The position numbers and the translations under genes were made by a program. Positions 39,238-50,391 of a stretch of 64,000 nt of DNA are shown in pieces (within the stretch, counting starts at the first letter, position 1; each line of letters starts with the position of its first letter). This DNA comes from Bacilli bacterium (lineage in GTDB: Bacteria; Bacillota_I; Bacilli_A; RF39; UBA660): NCBI GenBank assembly GCA_017936845.1, contig JAGBES010000013.1:18008-82007 (forward strand). The letters are read 5' to 3'. The notes below the pieces were generated by a model. The model was not told where the DNA came from, made no database searches, and worked only from the letters and a program-made list of their open reading frames with translations.

Positions 39238-40395
39238 ATGAAAGGTTTAAGTAAAGCAATTAAAAATATGGATAAGACTTTATTTATAATAACAACATTA
39301 TTATTTGTTTTTGGTTTACTTAATATTGTATCGGCATCAAGTCAAACTGCTGTTTTAAAATATAACTCAAGTTTATATAATTATTTTTTTAAACAATTAA
39401 TAAACATTATGATAGGTGTTTTTGCAAGTCTTTTCATTATAAAAACGCCAACAAAATCATATAAATTGCTTGGACCGGTTATTTTTATTATAGTTGCTTT
39501 AGCATCACTTGCTGTATCTTTATCAAGTTTTGGAGAAACTTATTCAGGGAATAATAACTGGATTAATATAAAAGGATTTACATTTCAACCAAGTGAATTT
39601 GCAAAACCAGTTATGATTATATGTGTTTCATTATTATTTGAAAAGTTTTATAAAAAATTAAGAACTCCTAAAACAGAACAAAGAGAAAAATACGACATGA
39701 TATTTAAGATAATGTTTGTTGGAATATTTTTTCCCGTAATAATCTTTATTCAAAGAGATTTAGGAACAATGCTTGTAATAACATCAATTTTTGCTATTTT
39801 ATTTTTGGTAAGTCCAATTCTTAGAAAAGACAAAATAAAAGCGGTAGCAATAGCTTTAGTAGTATGTTTATTAGGAATAATAATATATGCTAGTAAAGGA
39901 GGATTATTTTCAAAAGCTCAATCAAGTAGATTTAATTTTTTTAATCCATGTAGATATTATGAAACAGGAGGATACCAAATATGTAATGGATTTATAGCAA
40001 TTAATTCAGGAGGATTATTTGGAAATGGTATAGGACAAAGTAAACAAATATCTTATATACCAGAATCACATACTGATAGTGTATTTGCTATAATAGCAGA
40101 ACAATATGGATTGTTAGTAACAACTATAATATTTATTTTATATATAATAATTCTAAAAAAAATATTGGATATATCTACTAATAGTTCAAATATAAGAGGA
40201 AGATATATATGTTTAGGAGTAGCTCTCTATATATTTTTACATATATTAATAAATTTAGGGGGACTATTTGGAGTAATGCCACTTACAGGAATACCATTAC
40301 CATTTTTATCATATGGTGGTTCATTTACGATATCACTTATATGTTCACTTGCAGTAGTACAAAGAATAGCAATAGAAAACAAAATGTCAAAATAA
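39238..40395 (+). CDS. FtsW/RodA/SpoVE family peptidoglycan polymerase
   Basis: 385 aa, about 10 TM helices, QPSEFAKP, ESHTDSVFA, PLPFLSYGGS. Confidence 0.9.
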   Translation: MKGLSKAIKNMDKTLFIITTLLFVFGLLNIVSASSQTAVLKYNSSLYNYFFKQLINIMIGVFASLFIIKTPTKSYKLLGPVIFIIVALASLAVSLSSFGETYSGNNNWINIKGFTFQPSEFAKPVMIICVSLLFEKFYKKLRTPKTEQREKYDMIFKIMFVGIFFPVIIFIQRDLGTMLVITSIFAILFLVSPILRKDKIKAVAIALVVCLLGIIIYASKGGLFSKAQSSRFNFFNPCRYYETGGYQICNGFIAINSGGLFGNGIGQSKQISYIPESHTDSVFAIIAEQYGLLVTTIIFILYIIILKKILDISTNSSNIRGRYICLGVALYIFLHILINLGGLFGVMPLTGIPLPFLSYGGSFTISLICSLAVVQRIAIENKMSK

Positions 40396-40443
40396 ACTTT
40401 ATGAAAATAATAAACAATGATATAATAAAAGATAGGTGATACT

Positions 40444-41859
40444 ATGAAAAAGACTAAGATAATGGCAACAATAGGTCCAGCAAGTAAAGATAAAATAATA
40501 CTAGAAGATATGATATCAAATGGAATGAATGTAGCACGTTTAAATATGAAATATTCATCCATAGAATTTTGTAAAGATATTATATATAAAATAAGAAATA
40601 TAGATAAAGAACTTAAAACAACAACCTCTATATTATTAGATTTAAGAGGACCAGATATAACTATAGGTAAAATATTAAATGATCAAGCAGAATTAAAAGA
40701 AAATGATAAAATTAGAATATATATGGATCCTATCTTAGGAGATTCAACAAAATTTTCTGTATCATATAAAGGATTGATAAATGATGTAAAAACAAATACT
40801 ATTATTAAATTAAACGAAGGTTTAGTAGAATTAAGAGTAATAGAAAAAGGAATAGATTATTTAATATGTGAAGTAGTAAGAGGCGGAATAATATATAGTG
40901 ATAAGTCAATAAATGTAATTGATACAAAATTAAATATACCATTTATTACAGATGAAGATAAAGAAGTTTTAAAATTTGCAACCGAAGAAAATATTGATTA
41001 TATATCATTATCATTTGTATCAAGTGCAGAAGATGTATTAGAAGTAAATGATTTATTAATTGATTATGGGAATGATCATACATCTATTATAACAAAAATA
41101 GAAACAAAAAATGCTTTAGAAGAATTAGATGAAATAATAAAAATAAGTGATGGAATAATAGTAGCAAGAGGAGATTTAGGAGTAGAAATTCCACTTGAAA
41201 GAATACCTAGCGTTCAAAAAACAATAATAAATAAGTGTCATCTGAAATCAAAAATAAGCATAGTAGCAACTGAAATGTTATCATCTATGGAAAATAATAT
41301 AATACCAACAAGAGCAGAAGTGAGTGATATAGCAAATGCTGTATGTGATGGTGTAGATGCAGTAATGTTATCAGGAGAAACAACAATAGGTAAATATCCA
41401 GTAGGAACAGTTATAATGATGAATAAAATAATAGAATCATCAGAAGAAGATATTAATTATTATGAATTACTTGATAAAGCAATGAGAACTGAAAAAGAAG
41501 ATATAACAGGAGAAGTAGCCTATAGTGTTGTAGAATGTGCATCAAGATTGAAGGCAATTGCAATCGTAACACCAACAATGACAGGATATACAGCCAAAAA
41601 AATAAGTAGATTTAGACCAAATTGTCCTATAATAGCACTTACACCAGACTATAATACAGCACATATTCTAGGATTATATTATGGAATTTATCCTGTTATA
41701 ATAGATGAAACAAAATCATTTGATATGATACTAAAATTATCAAAAAGTGCTGTTTTAAGAAAATTAAAATATGAAAGCAAAGATAAAATAATAATAACAG
41801 GTGGTTATCCTTTTAAAGAGGTAAAACATACAAATTTTATGAAAATAGAAGAATTATAA
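40444..41859 (+). CDS. pyk: Pyruvate kinase
   Basis: KKTKIMATIGPAS, MNVARLN, ARGDLGVEIP, MLSGETT. Confidence 0.95.
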   Translation: MKKTKIMATIGPASKDKIILEDMISNGMNVARLNMKYSSIEFCKDIIYKIRNIDKELKTTTSILLDLRGPDITIGKILNDQAELKENDKIRIYMDPILGDSTKFSVSYKGLINDVKTNTIIKLNEGLVELRVIEKGIDYLICEVVRGGIIYSDKSINVIDTKLNIPFITDEDKEVLKFATEENIDYISLSFVSSAEDVLEVNDLLIDYGNDHTSIITKIETKNALEELDEIIKISDGIIVARGDLGVEIPLERIPSVQKTIINKCHLKSKISIVATEMLSSMENNIIPTRAEVSDIANAVCDGVDAVMLSGETTIGKYPVGTVIMMNKIIESSEEDINYYELLDKAMRTEKEDITGEVAYSVVECASRLKAIAIVTPTMTGYTAKKISRFRPNCPIIALTPDYNTAHILGLYYGIYPVIIDETKSFDMILKLSKSAVLRKLKYESKDKIIITGGYPFKEVKHTNFMKIEEL

Positions 41860-41876
41860 AAAAAGGGGTTGATAGT

Positions 41877-44258
41877 GTGGATATAATAACAAGATCAAAA
41901 GCTAGAGATGAAAACATTATCAAAGGTGATAAATATAGATTTACTGTATTATCAGAAAGATTAATAAGACTTGAATATAGTGATAATGGTGTATTTGTTG
42001 ATGAACCAACTGAATTAGTTCTTTATAGAGATAACGAAAAAGTAAAATTTGAATTTCAAGATAATGATAAATATATCCTTATAAGAACAAAATATTTTAA
42101 ATTAACATACTTAAAAAATAAACCATTTAGTGGAAGTAAGATAAATCCTATTGCTAATTTAAAAGTAGAATTATTAAATTCTGATCGTATATGGTATTAT
42201 GGACATCCAGAAATTAGAAATTATGGTACACCATATTTATCATTTGAGGATACAGATAATAAATTAAAATTAAAAAAAGGTCTTTATTCAATAGAAGGTT
42301 TTGCAAGTATAGATGATTCAAAAAGTAAAATTTTAAACCAAAATAATGAGTTAATCTCTAGAGAAGGAAATAATATAGATATATATTTATTTATGTATTT
42401 AAATGATTATTTAGATTGTTTAAATGATTATTATAAATTAACAGGATATCCACCATTAGTGCCAAGATATTCACTAGGAAATTGGTGGAGTAGAAATCTA
42501 AATTATAATGATTATACAGTAAAAGAAATAGTAGATGAATTTAGTGAAAAAGAAATACCACTATCAATTTTATTGCTTGATAAAAAGTGGCATTTAAATG
42601 AATATAATGGTAAAACAGTAGACACAGGATTTACATGGAATAATGATAATTTTGTAAATCCACAATATATGATAAATTATTTACATTCAAAAGGAATAAG
42701 ATTAGGACTTAATATAAACCCAACAGAAGGAATATATCCATTTGAAAAAAATTATAACAACATAAAAAATGCATTAAATATAGAAGATGAAATAATACCA
42801 TTTAATGTATATAATATTAACTTTATAAGAGAATATTTTAATTATTTAATTAATCCTTTAATAAATGATGGTGTAGATTTTTTATGGTTAGATATAGATT
42901 ATAAAAAAAATAAAGATATGTTATGGGCATTAGATAATTATCATTATTTATATAGTTCATTAGATTATAAAAAAAGACCATTTATTTTAACTAATAATTC
43001 CAATATAGCTGAACATAGATATCCAGTAACATATTCTGGAAAAACTATAGTTAGCTGGGATACACTAAGAATGATACCTAAATATAATATGCTTACAACA
43101 AATATAGGAAATAGTTTTTATGCTCATGATATTGGTGGATATTATCAAGGAATGGAAGATAATGAACTATATACAAGATTTGTTCAATTAGGAATATTTA
43201 GTCCAATTCTTAAATTTGGAAGTGATGATGGAAAATTTTATAAAAGAGAACCTTGGAAATGGAGTTATAAAACATATAAAATAACAAAAGATTACTTAAC
43301 ATTAAGACATAATTTAATACCATATTTGTATTCAGAAAGTTATAAATATCATAAAGAAGGAAAACCGCTTATAATACCACTTTATTATGAACAACCAGAA
43401 GCATATGATGATCCAATATATAATAATGAATATTTCTTTGGAAGTGAGTTTTTCATATCACCAATCTTAAAAGTAAAAGATTATGTAATGAATAGAGTTA
43501 TACATAGATTTTATTTACCAGAAGGTACATGGTATGACTATGTAACTGGAAAAAGATTTGCTGGAGGAAAGCAATATTTATCATTCTTTAAAGATGAAGA
43601 TTATCCTGTATATGTAAAAGCAGGTGCTATAATACCTTTAGGACATAATGAAAATATAAATGATACAAATCCACCTAAAAATATGGAAATTCAAATATTC
43701 CCAGGAAAAAGTAATACTTATAAATTATATGAAGATGATGGAATAAGTGAATTATATAAAAAAGGATATTACCTTTTAACTGCAATAGAATATACATATG
43801 TAAAAAATAATTATACCGTTATTGTAAGACCATTAGAAGGAAAAAGTGGGATAATACCAGATAAAAGAAATTATAAATTTAATTTTAGAAATACAAAATA
43901 TGCAAATGATGTAATGGTATATATAAATAATACTAAAGTTGATTTTAAAAAATATTCTAAAAATACAAGTTTTATAGTAGAAGTAGAAAATGTACCAACA
44001 ACATCACAATTAACTGTTATATGTAAGGGAAATAATATTGAAATATCTGCTGAGAGAATTTTTATGGAAGATATTGAATCTATAATATCAGACCTTCAAA
44101 TTAATACAACAATGAAAGAAAAAATAGATGAAATATTAAATAGAAATGAACCAATAAAGAAAAAAAGAATAGCAATAAGAAAATTAGAAAATAATGGATT
44201 AGAAAGAAAATTTATAAAACTATTTTTAAAACTTTTAGAATATCTAGAAAATGTATAA
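41877..44258 (+). CDS. Glycoside hydrolase family 31 (alpha-glucosidase/xylosidase-like)
   Basis: GTG start after AGGGG. GYPPLVPRYSLGNWWSR, VDFLWLDIDY, FYAHDIGGY, 793 aa. Confidence 0.7.
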   Translation: MDIITRSKARDENIIKGDKYRFTVLSERLIRLEYSDNGVFVDEPTELVLYRDNEKVKFEFQDNDKYILIRTKYFKLTYLKNKPFSGSKINPIANLKVELLNSDRIWYYGHPEIRNYGTPYLSFEDTDNKLKLKKGLYSIEGFASIDDSKSKILNQNNELISREGNNIDIYLFMYLNDYLDCLNDYYKLTGYPPLVPRYSLGNWWSRNLNYNDYTVKEIVDEFSEKEIPLSILLLDKKWHLNEYNGKTVDTGFTWNNDNFVNPQYMINYLHSKGIRLGLNINPTEGIYPFEKNYNNIKNALNIEDEIIPFNVYNINFIREYFNYLINPLINDGVDFLWLDIDYKKNKDMLWALDNYHYLYSSLDYKKRPFILTNNSNIAEHRYPVTYSGKTIVSWDTLRMIPKYNMLTTNIGNSFYAHDIGGYYQGMEDNELYTRFVQLGIFSPILKFGSDDGKFYKREPWKWSYKTYKITKDYLTLRHNLIPYLYSESYKYHKEGKPLIIPLYYEQPEAYDDPIYNNEYFFGSEFFISPILKVKDYVMNRVIHRFYLPEGTWYDYVTGKRFAGGKQYLSFFKDEDYPVYVKAGAIIPLGHNENINDTNPPKNMEIQIFPGKSNTYKLYEDDGISELYKKGYYLLTAIEYTYVKNNYTVIVRPLEGKSGIIPDKRNYKFNFRNTKYANDVMVYINNTKVDFKKYSKNTSFIVEVENVPTTSQLTVICKGNNIEISAERIFMEDIESIISDLQINTTMKEKIDEILNRNEPIKKKRIAIRKLENNGLERKFIKLFLKLLEYLENV

Positions 44259-44329
44259 GAGAAAAATTCTCTTTTTCTTTACATAAAAAAAATATTATGT
44301 TAAAATTTATAATGTATTAGGAGGGTTTT

Positions 44330-44968
44330 ATGATAATATTTAAAGAAGGAAAAATGATAGATACATGCAACATGAATAATAATCATTTATATACATATGT
44401 ATCAGATAATACTATAATATATAAAGTAGAAGTTAATTTTGAATTATATAATATAAATGATTTTATGAAAGAATTAAAAGAATTTAGTGAAGAAAAAGAA
44501 GGATATGTAGATAAAGTAAAATATGATGTTTTCTTAAAAAAACCAATTGAAGAAAAACCTTATGATGAAATAAAAGAATTCTTATGTAAACCAGAAGATA
44601 AAGAAAATACAGCTAATTTGCTTGAAAATGTTTATATACATAATGTATATTTAAAATGGAATGAGTATCCTAGTGTATATCATGAACTAAAAGAATTGAT
44701 AGATTTTAAAACACAACCAAGAGTTGGAAAAGAAAAAAGCATAGATTTAAATCATTATTTAGAAAAATTAGAAAAATATGATTTAAAACAAGAATTTTTG
44801 CAAATATTAAAATTTGATATAAGAGAAACAATAGAAAAAAATAAATTAGAAGGATTATTGTGCTATGACAATAACGGTTTTGTAGATATAAGTAAAGCAA
44901 TAGAAAATGCACAAAAATATTTAGAATATGGTCAAAAGAATGCTGTACTTATAAAAAAATTAAAATAG
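44330..44968 (+). CDS. Hypothetical protein (212 aa)
   Basis: Long ORF with GGAGGG RBS and its own TTTACA..TGTTAAAAT promoter. No motif recognised. Confidence 0.5.
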   Translation: MIIFKEGKMIDTCNMNNNHLYTYVSDNTIIYKVEVNFELYNINDFMKELKEFSEEKEGYVDKVKYDVFLKKPIEEKPYDEIKEFLCKPEDKENTANLLENVYIHNVYLKWNEYPSVYHELKELIDFKTQPRVGKEKSIDLNHYLEKLEKYDLKQEFLQILKFDIRETIEKNKLEGLLCYDNNGFVDISKAIENAQKYLEYGQKNAVLIKKLK

Positions 44969-44969
44969 C

Positions 44970-44998
44970 TTGTAAAAAAATAAAAAAAGTAATATAAT
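44970..44998 (+). promoter_or_regulatory. Sigma-A-type promoter for the leucine T-box leader
   Basis: TTGTAA (44970-44975), 17-nt spacer, TATAAT (44993-44998). Confidence 0.55.
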
Positions 44999-45004
44999 AT
45001 ATAA

Positions 45005-45198
45005 AAAACATTGAAGAAAAGTAGTAATAATAAATATATTATTTAGAAAAAAAGTGGTTGATGAAAACTTTTAATATATTATTATGAACTTGTTTTGGAG
45101 TTTTATCGGATAATTCCGTTATAGATTAGAGAGCATAAGTCATTATGAAATAAGGTGGTACCACGATTAACTCGTCCTTATATTTATAGTGACTTTTT
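45005..45198 (+). promoter_or_regulatory. T-box riboswitch leader, leucine (CTT specifier)
   Basis: GA motif tTGAaGAAAAG, distal loop GATGAAA, specifier gaaCTTg (45089-45091). T-box AAGGTGGTACCACG (45152-45165). Terminator agtcattat../..atagtgact followed by T5. Confidence 0.85.
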
Positions 45199-45214
45199 AT
45201 AATAAGGAGGATAA

Positions 45215-45562
45215 ATGGAAAATATAATATTTAGTTTAATAACTTTTATAGCGATATACTTACTATATTTTATATTTGTTATAAGTAAAAAAAACAAATT
45301 AGAAAAATTTGAAAATAGTATGTATGTAAACTTTTTAGTAAACATATCAAAAATAGATATAAAAAAAATAGATATGAAAAAGTTAGCTCATATATTAGCA
45401 CTTTCAAATTCATTTATATTAGCATTTACAGTATTTATAGTAGAATATGTAGATAAATTATTCTTAAAACTATTAGTAGGATTTGTAGTAATACTACCAT
45501 TATTATATATAACATATTTTATAATAGGAAAAATATTAAAAAATAAAGGAAAGAAGAGATAA
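45215..45562 (+). CDS. Small membrane protein (115 aa, 3 TM) between the Leu T-box and leuS
   Basis: AAGGAGG RBS. TM segments IIFSLITFIAIYLLYFIFVI, LALSNSFILAFTVFIV and LLVGFVVILPLLYITYFII. The stop lies 1 nt before the leuS ATG. Confidence 0.6.
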   Translation: MENIIFSLITFIAIYLLYFIFVISKKNKLEKFENSMYVNFLVNISKIDIKKIDMKKLAHILALSNSFILAFTVFIVEYVDKLFLKLLVGFVVILPLLYITYFIIGKILKNKGKKR

Positions 45563-45563
45563 A

Positions 45564-47981
45564 ATGTACGATTTTAAAAAAGTAGAACAAAAATGGCAAA
45601 GATATTGGGAAGATAATAAAATATTTGAAGCAAAAACAGGAAGTGAAAAAAAGCCATATTACATTCTTGTTGAATTTCCATATCCATCAGGAGCTGGATT
45701 ACATGTAGGACATGTTAGAAGTTATACAGCTCAAGATGCTATTGCAAGAAAAATGCGTATGCAAGGGTATAATGTTTTATATCCAATGGGATGGGATGCA
45801 TTTGGTGCCCCAGCAGAACAATATGCAATAAAAAATCATATTCATCCTAAAGAGGCTGTAAAAGAAAATATAAAAACTTTTAAAGGTCAAATGAAATCAT
45901 TAGGATTTTCGTTTGATTGGTCAAGAGAATTTTCAACAACTGATCCAGAATATTATAAATGGACACAATGGCAATTTCTTGAATTTTATAAACATGGAAT
46001 GGCATATAAAGATTGCGTAGCTGTAAATTGGTGTCCAAATTGTAAAACTGTACTATCAAACGAAGATGCAGCTGGTGGAGTTTGTGAAAGATGTGGTACA
46101 GGAGTAGTACAAAAAGAAAAATCACAATGGATGCTTAGAATGGGTGATTACTCAGAAGATTTACTTAAAGGATTAGATGATACTAATTTCGCACCTAAAG
46201 TTAAATTAGGACAAATTAACTGGATAGGAAAAAGTACTGGAGTAGAACTTGATATTGATATTGTTGGTGGAGGAAAGTTTTCAATATTTACAACTTGTAT
46301 TGAAACAGTATATGGTATAACTTTCTTTGTTATTGCACCAGATGGAAAATTAATAAAAGAATTAATGCCAAGAGTAGAAAACAAAGAAGAAGCTCTTTCA
46401 TATATAGAAGAAACAAAGAAAAAATCAGCTATGGATAGAACAGAACTTAATAAAGGAAAAACTGGATGTGAACTTAAAGGTATTAAAGCAATTAATCCAG
46501 TAAATGGAAAAGAAGTACCAGTTTTCTTAGGAGATTTTGTATTAGGAGATTATGGAACAGGAGCAGTAATGGCTGTACCAAGTCATGATGAAAGAGATTT
46601 TTTATATGCTAAAGAACATAATATTCCAATGATTCAAGTAATTGAAGGAAAAGATACAAGTGAACATGCTTTTGAAAAACAAGATTATTTAGGAAAAGAA
46701 TGTAAATTAATCAATTCAGAAGAATTTACTGGACTTACAGTAGAAGAAGCTAAAGAAAAAATAACAGAAAAATTAGTAAATAAAGGAATAGCAAGACGTG
46801 TAAATAATTATAAAATGCGTGATTGGATATTCTCACGTCAAAGATTCTGGGGAGAACCAATACCAATGATTAATTGTCCAAAATGTGGATGGGTTCCAAT
46901 GGATGAAAAAGATTTACCATTATTACTTCCAGATGTAGCAGAATATGAACCAACAGAAAATGGTGAAAGTCCACTTGCTAAAATAACAGATTGGGTAAAT
47001 ACAAAATGTCCAAAATGTGGATGTGACGCTAAAAGAGAAACAGATACAATGCCAAACTGGGCAGGATCAAGTTGGTATTTCTTAAGATTTATGGATGCAA
47101 ATAATGATCATGAATTTGCAAGTATGGATGCTATGAAATATTGGAATCGTGTTGACTGGTATAATGGTGGTATGGAACATACAGCAAGACATCTATTATA
47201 TGCAAGATTCTGGGTACAATTTTTATATAATATAGGATTAGTACCAAATAAAGAAATGATTTGGACTCGTGTATCTCATGGTATGATTTTAGGATCAAAT
47301 GGAGAAAAAATGAGTAAATCAAAAGGAAATGTAATTAATCCAGATGATATTGTAAATGAATTTGGTGCAGATACTTTAAGAATTTATGAAATGTTTATAG
47401 GGGATTATCAAATGGATGCAGCATGGAGTACAGATTCACTTAAAGGATGTAGTAAATTTATAGATAGAATAATAAAATTAGGTGAAAAACTAAATGGTTC
47501 TAATGAATTTTCTAAAGATACAGAAATATTAATGAATCAAACAATAAAAAAAGTAACAGAAGATTTAGAAAATATAAAATATAATACAGCTGTATCATCA
47601 CTTATGATACTTCTAAATGAACTTGAAAAACAAAAAGAAATATCTAATAAAGACTACAGAACATTATTACTTATTTTAAATCCAATCGCACCTCATATAA
47701 CAGAAGAATTAAATGAAAAATATAATTTGGGAGAAGTAATATGCAAATCAAGTTGGCCAACTTATGATTCAGAAAAACTTGTAAATGATACTTATGAAAT
47801 GGTTGTACAAGTAAATGGAAAAGTTAGAGGAAAAATTGAAGTATCAATTGATACTAAAGAAGAAGAAATGAAATCTTTAGCAAAATCAATAGAAAATGTA
47901 AAAACATTTATAGAAGGAAAACAAATAATAAAAGAAATAGTTGTTCCTAAAAAATTAGTTAATATTGTAGTTAAAGATTAA
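45564..47981 (+). CDS. leuS: Leucine--tRNA ligase
   Basis: FPYPSGAGLHVGHVRSY (HIGH) and KMSKSKGN. 805 aa. Confidence 0.95.
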   Translation: MYDFKKVEQKWQRYWEDNKIFEAKTGSEKKPYYILVEFPYPSGAGLHVGHVRSYTAQDAIARKMRMQGYNVLYPMGWDAFGAPAEQYAIKNHIHPKEAVKENIKTFKGQMKSLGFSFDWSREFSTTDPEYYKWTQWQFLEFYKHGMAYKDCVAVNWCPNCKTVLSNEDAAGGVCERCGTGVVQKEKSQWMLRMGDYSEDLLKGLDDTNFAPKVKLGQINWIGKSTGVELDIDIVGGGKFSIFTTCIETVYGITFFVIAPDGKLIKELMPRVENKEEALSYIEETKKKSAMDRTELNKGKTGCELKGIKAINPVNGKEVPVFLGDFVLGDYGTGAVMAVPSHDERDFLYAKEHNIPMIQVIEGKDTSEHAFEKQDYLGKECKLINSEEFTGLTVEEAKEKITEKLVNKGIARRVNNYKMRDWIFSRQRFWGEPIPMINCPKCGWVPMDEKDLPLLLPDVAEYEPTENGESPLAKITDWVNTKCPKCGCDAKRETDTMPNWAGSSWYFLRFMDANNDHEFASMDAMKYWNRVDWYNGGMEHTARHLLYARFWVQFLYNIGLVPNKEMIWTRVSHGMILGSNGEKMSKSKGNVINPDDIVNEFGADTLRIYEMFIGDYQMDAAWSTDSLKGCSKFIDRIIKLGEKLNGSNEFSKDTEILMNQTIKKVTEDLENIKYNTAVSSLMILLNELEKQKEISNKDYRTLLLILNPIAPHITEELNEKYNLGEVICKSSWPTYDSEKLVNDTYEMVVQVNGKVRGKIEVSIDTKEEEMKSLAKSIENVKTFIEGKQIIKEIVVPKKLVNIVVKD

Positions 47982-48003
47982 TATTTATAAATAAATTGAA
48001 TTA

Positions 48004-48034
48004 GGTAAGTTTTATTTGAAACTTATCTTTTTTT
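48004..48034 (+). terminator. Rho-independent terminator after leuS
   Basis: ggtaagttt-tatttg-aaacttatc followed by T7. Confidence 0.75.
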
Positions 48035-48093
48035 GTCAAAATATAAAAGTATCAATTTATTTTAAAGTATGATATAATGAATTAGGTGATTAT

Positions 48094-48723
48094 ATGAGAC
48101 TAAAATGTGTAAAGGGAGCAAAAGAACGAGTAGAATCATCTTCATATTTAGTTTTAGAACCATCTAAATATAAAGGTAAATATAAAGATTTATTTAAAAA
48201 TAATAATCCTATATATATAGAAATAGGAATGGGTAAAGGTAATTTTATAATCGAAAATGCTAAAAGATATCCTAATATAAATTTTATTGGTATAGAAAAA
48301 TATGATAGTGTAATAGTTAGATCTGTAGAAAAATTAGAAAATTTAGAATTATCTAATTTAAAACTTATAAGAATGGATGCTAATAAAATTAATGATGTTT
48401 TTGATAAAGAAATCGATTTAATTTATTTAAATTTTTCAGATCCTTGGCCAAAATTAAGACATGAAAAAAGAAGACTTAGTAGTCATGAATTTTTAAAAAA
48501 ATATGATTTGATATTTAAAAATAAAAAAAATATTATAATGAAAACTGATAATAGAAAACTATTTGAATATTCAATTGTTTCATTTACAAACTATGGATAT
48601 AAAATAAATGATATATCTTTAAATCTATATGATGATGATATAGAAAACAATATACCAACAGAATATGAAATAAAATTTAAAAATAAAGGATTTCCTATAT
48701 ATAAAATAGATGTAGAAAAATAG
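48094..48723 (+). CDS. trmB: tRNA (guanine-N7)-methyltransferase
   Basis: IEIGMGKGNF and LNFSDPWPKLRHEKRR. Confidence 0.9.
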   Translation: MRLKCVKGAKERVESSSYLVLEPSKYKGKYKDLFKNNNPIYIEIGMGKGNFIIENAKRYPNINFIGIEKYDSVIVRSVEKLENLELSNLKLIRMDANKINDVFDKEIDLIYLNFSDPWPKLRHEKRRLSSHEFLKKYDLIFKNKKNIIMKTDNRKLFEYSIVSFTNYGYKINDISLNLYDDDIENNIPTEYEIKFKNKGFPIYKIDVEK

Positions 48724-48816
48724 TTTACATAACTATACATAAAAAAATTTAAAAATAACAAAAAAACTTTTTAATAAAAGAAATATTTGATATAATCTTA
48801 GTAAGAGTGGTGATTT

Positions 48817-49410
48817 ATGAAGAGAATAACTATTCTACTTTTAGGGATTTTACTTTTTACAGGTTGTACTGTAGTTAGAATAAATACTAAAAGTATAGAC
48901 AATATTTTAAATGTTGTTTTATCAAAAGATAATAAGCTTTATAATCGTGTTGGCAAAGGTTATAAGTATTATGTACCTAGAGGAGTAACATATATAGATA
49001 CAAGCGATTTAAATGATAAATTATATTCAGATGGTAATTATTATTATTTATATATAGATGCAGTTAGTTATTTTTATAAAACTAAAACTGATTATGCAGA
49101 AAATAATAACGCTTATTATTCAAAAAAAATAGAAGGAAAAAAAGAGGGATATTTAGAAATAAATAAAGTAGGTTCTAAATATAAAATTGATTTCTTTTAC
49201 AATTATTCTAAAATAGAAGCAATAGTTGAAAAGAAAGACATAGAAAAAGTAGTACTAAATGCTTCATATATTTTATCAACGGTAAAATTTAATGACAATA
49301 TAATAGAATTAATGCTTAATAGTGATTATTTTACAAATAAAGAAGAAAAATATGAAAAATTTATACCTAAAACAGAGATTGATAAAAATATATTAGGATC
49401 AGAAAATTAA
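48817..49410 (+). CDS. Lipoprotein, unknown function
   Basis: Lipobox LLFTG|C and GGTGAT RBS. Confidence 0.6.
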   Translation: MKRITILLLGILLFTGCTVVRINTKSIDNILNVVLSKDNKLYNRVGKGYKYYVPRGVTYIDTSDLNDKLYSDGNYYYLYIDAVSYFYKTKTDYAENNNAYYSKKIEGKKEGYLEINKVGSKYKIDFFYNYSKIEAIVEKKDIEKVVLNASYILSTVKFNDNIIELMLNSDYFTNKEEKYEKFIPKTEIDKNILGSEN

Positions 49411-49425
49411 AAGAGGTGAAATTAT

Positions 49426-50391
49426 ATGGGATTATTTGATAAAGTAAAAAATTTATTTACAGAAGAAGTAGAAGAACCAATAATAAAAAAAGAAGAACCA
49501 AAAAAACAAGAATCAAAAAAAGAAATAAAAAAACAAGAAAGAAAAATAGAAATAGCACCAGCTAGAAGAGAATCTACAATACTATTAGAAGAAGAAATGG
49601 AAGAAGTAGTAAAAGAAGAAAAACCAGTACTTCCAATATATTTTTCAGATGAAGATTTTGAAGATTTAGAAAAACCTAAACAAAAAGAAGAAAAGAAAAT
49701 AGAAATAAAAGAAGCATATAAAGGTAGAATAGATGAAGTAAAAAAAGAAGAAAAAAAATACTTTAAGCCATCACCAATAATATCTCCTGTATATGGAATA
49801 TTGGATAAAAACTATAAAAAAGATGATATAACAACTAAAGAAAATACTATAATACATAGAAGTGAAAAAGTAACAGTAGATGATATTAGAAATAAAGCAT
49901 ATGGAACATTAGAAGATGAATTAGAAAATAATTTATTAAATGATCAAATAATAGAGACAAAAAAAGAAGATACAGGTATTGATATATTTGAAGAATTAGA
50001 AACAAGAGAATCAAGAAATAGTAAAATGGATTTATTAAGAAATGATTTTGAAATAGAAAAAGAAGAAATAGAAGAAACAGATTTATCATTAGAATTAGAA
50101 AAACAAAAACAAAAAATAGAAGAAATTAATGAAATAATAAAAAATAATATAAGCCCAGATAAAAAAGCAGTAACATCAAGAAAAATAGATAATATATTAG
50201 AAGAATTAGATGAAATAGAAGAATTAATACCAGAAAAAGAAGAAAATAAAAAAATAGAAACAGAAGAATTAATAGAAGAATCACAAAAAAATATGAATAA
50301 TGAAGAAGAAATTGAAAATAATAATGATGAAATAGAAGAAAGTGATTTGTTTAATTTAATAGATTCCATGTATGAAAAGAGGGATGAATAG
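49426..50391 (+). CDS. Acidic Glu/Lys-rich protein with N-terminal amphipathic MGLFDKVKNLF motif
   Basis: 321 aa, highly charged. Conserved-looking islands YFKPSPIISPVYGILDKNY and C-terminal DLFNLIDSMYEKR. Confidence 0.55.
   Translation: MGLFDKVKNLFTEEVEEPIIKKEEPKKQESKKEIKKQERKIEIAPARRESTILLEEEMEEVVKEEKPVLPIYFSDEDFEDLEKPKQKEEKKIEIKEAYKGRIDEVKKEEKKYFKPSPIISPVYGILDKNYKKDDITTKENTIIHRSEKVTVDDIRNKAYGTLEDELENNLLNDQIIETKKEDTGIDIFEELETRESRNSKMDLLRNDFEIEKEEIEETDLSLELEKQKQKIEEINEIIKNNISPDKKAVTSRKIDNILEELDEIEELIPEKEENKKIETEELIEESQKNMNNEEEIENNNDEIEESDLFNLIDSMYEKRDE

Noticed and set aside
40209-40562. Overlapping ORFs 40209-40439 (+) and 40227-40562 (-) at the ftsW/pyk junction
   Set aside because: They overlap the well-supported 3' end of the FtsW-family gene and the 5' end of pyk. 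They have no RBS and no motifs.
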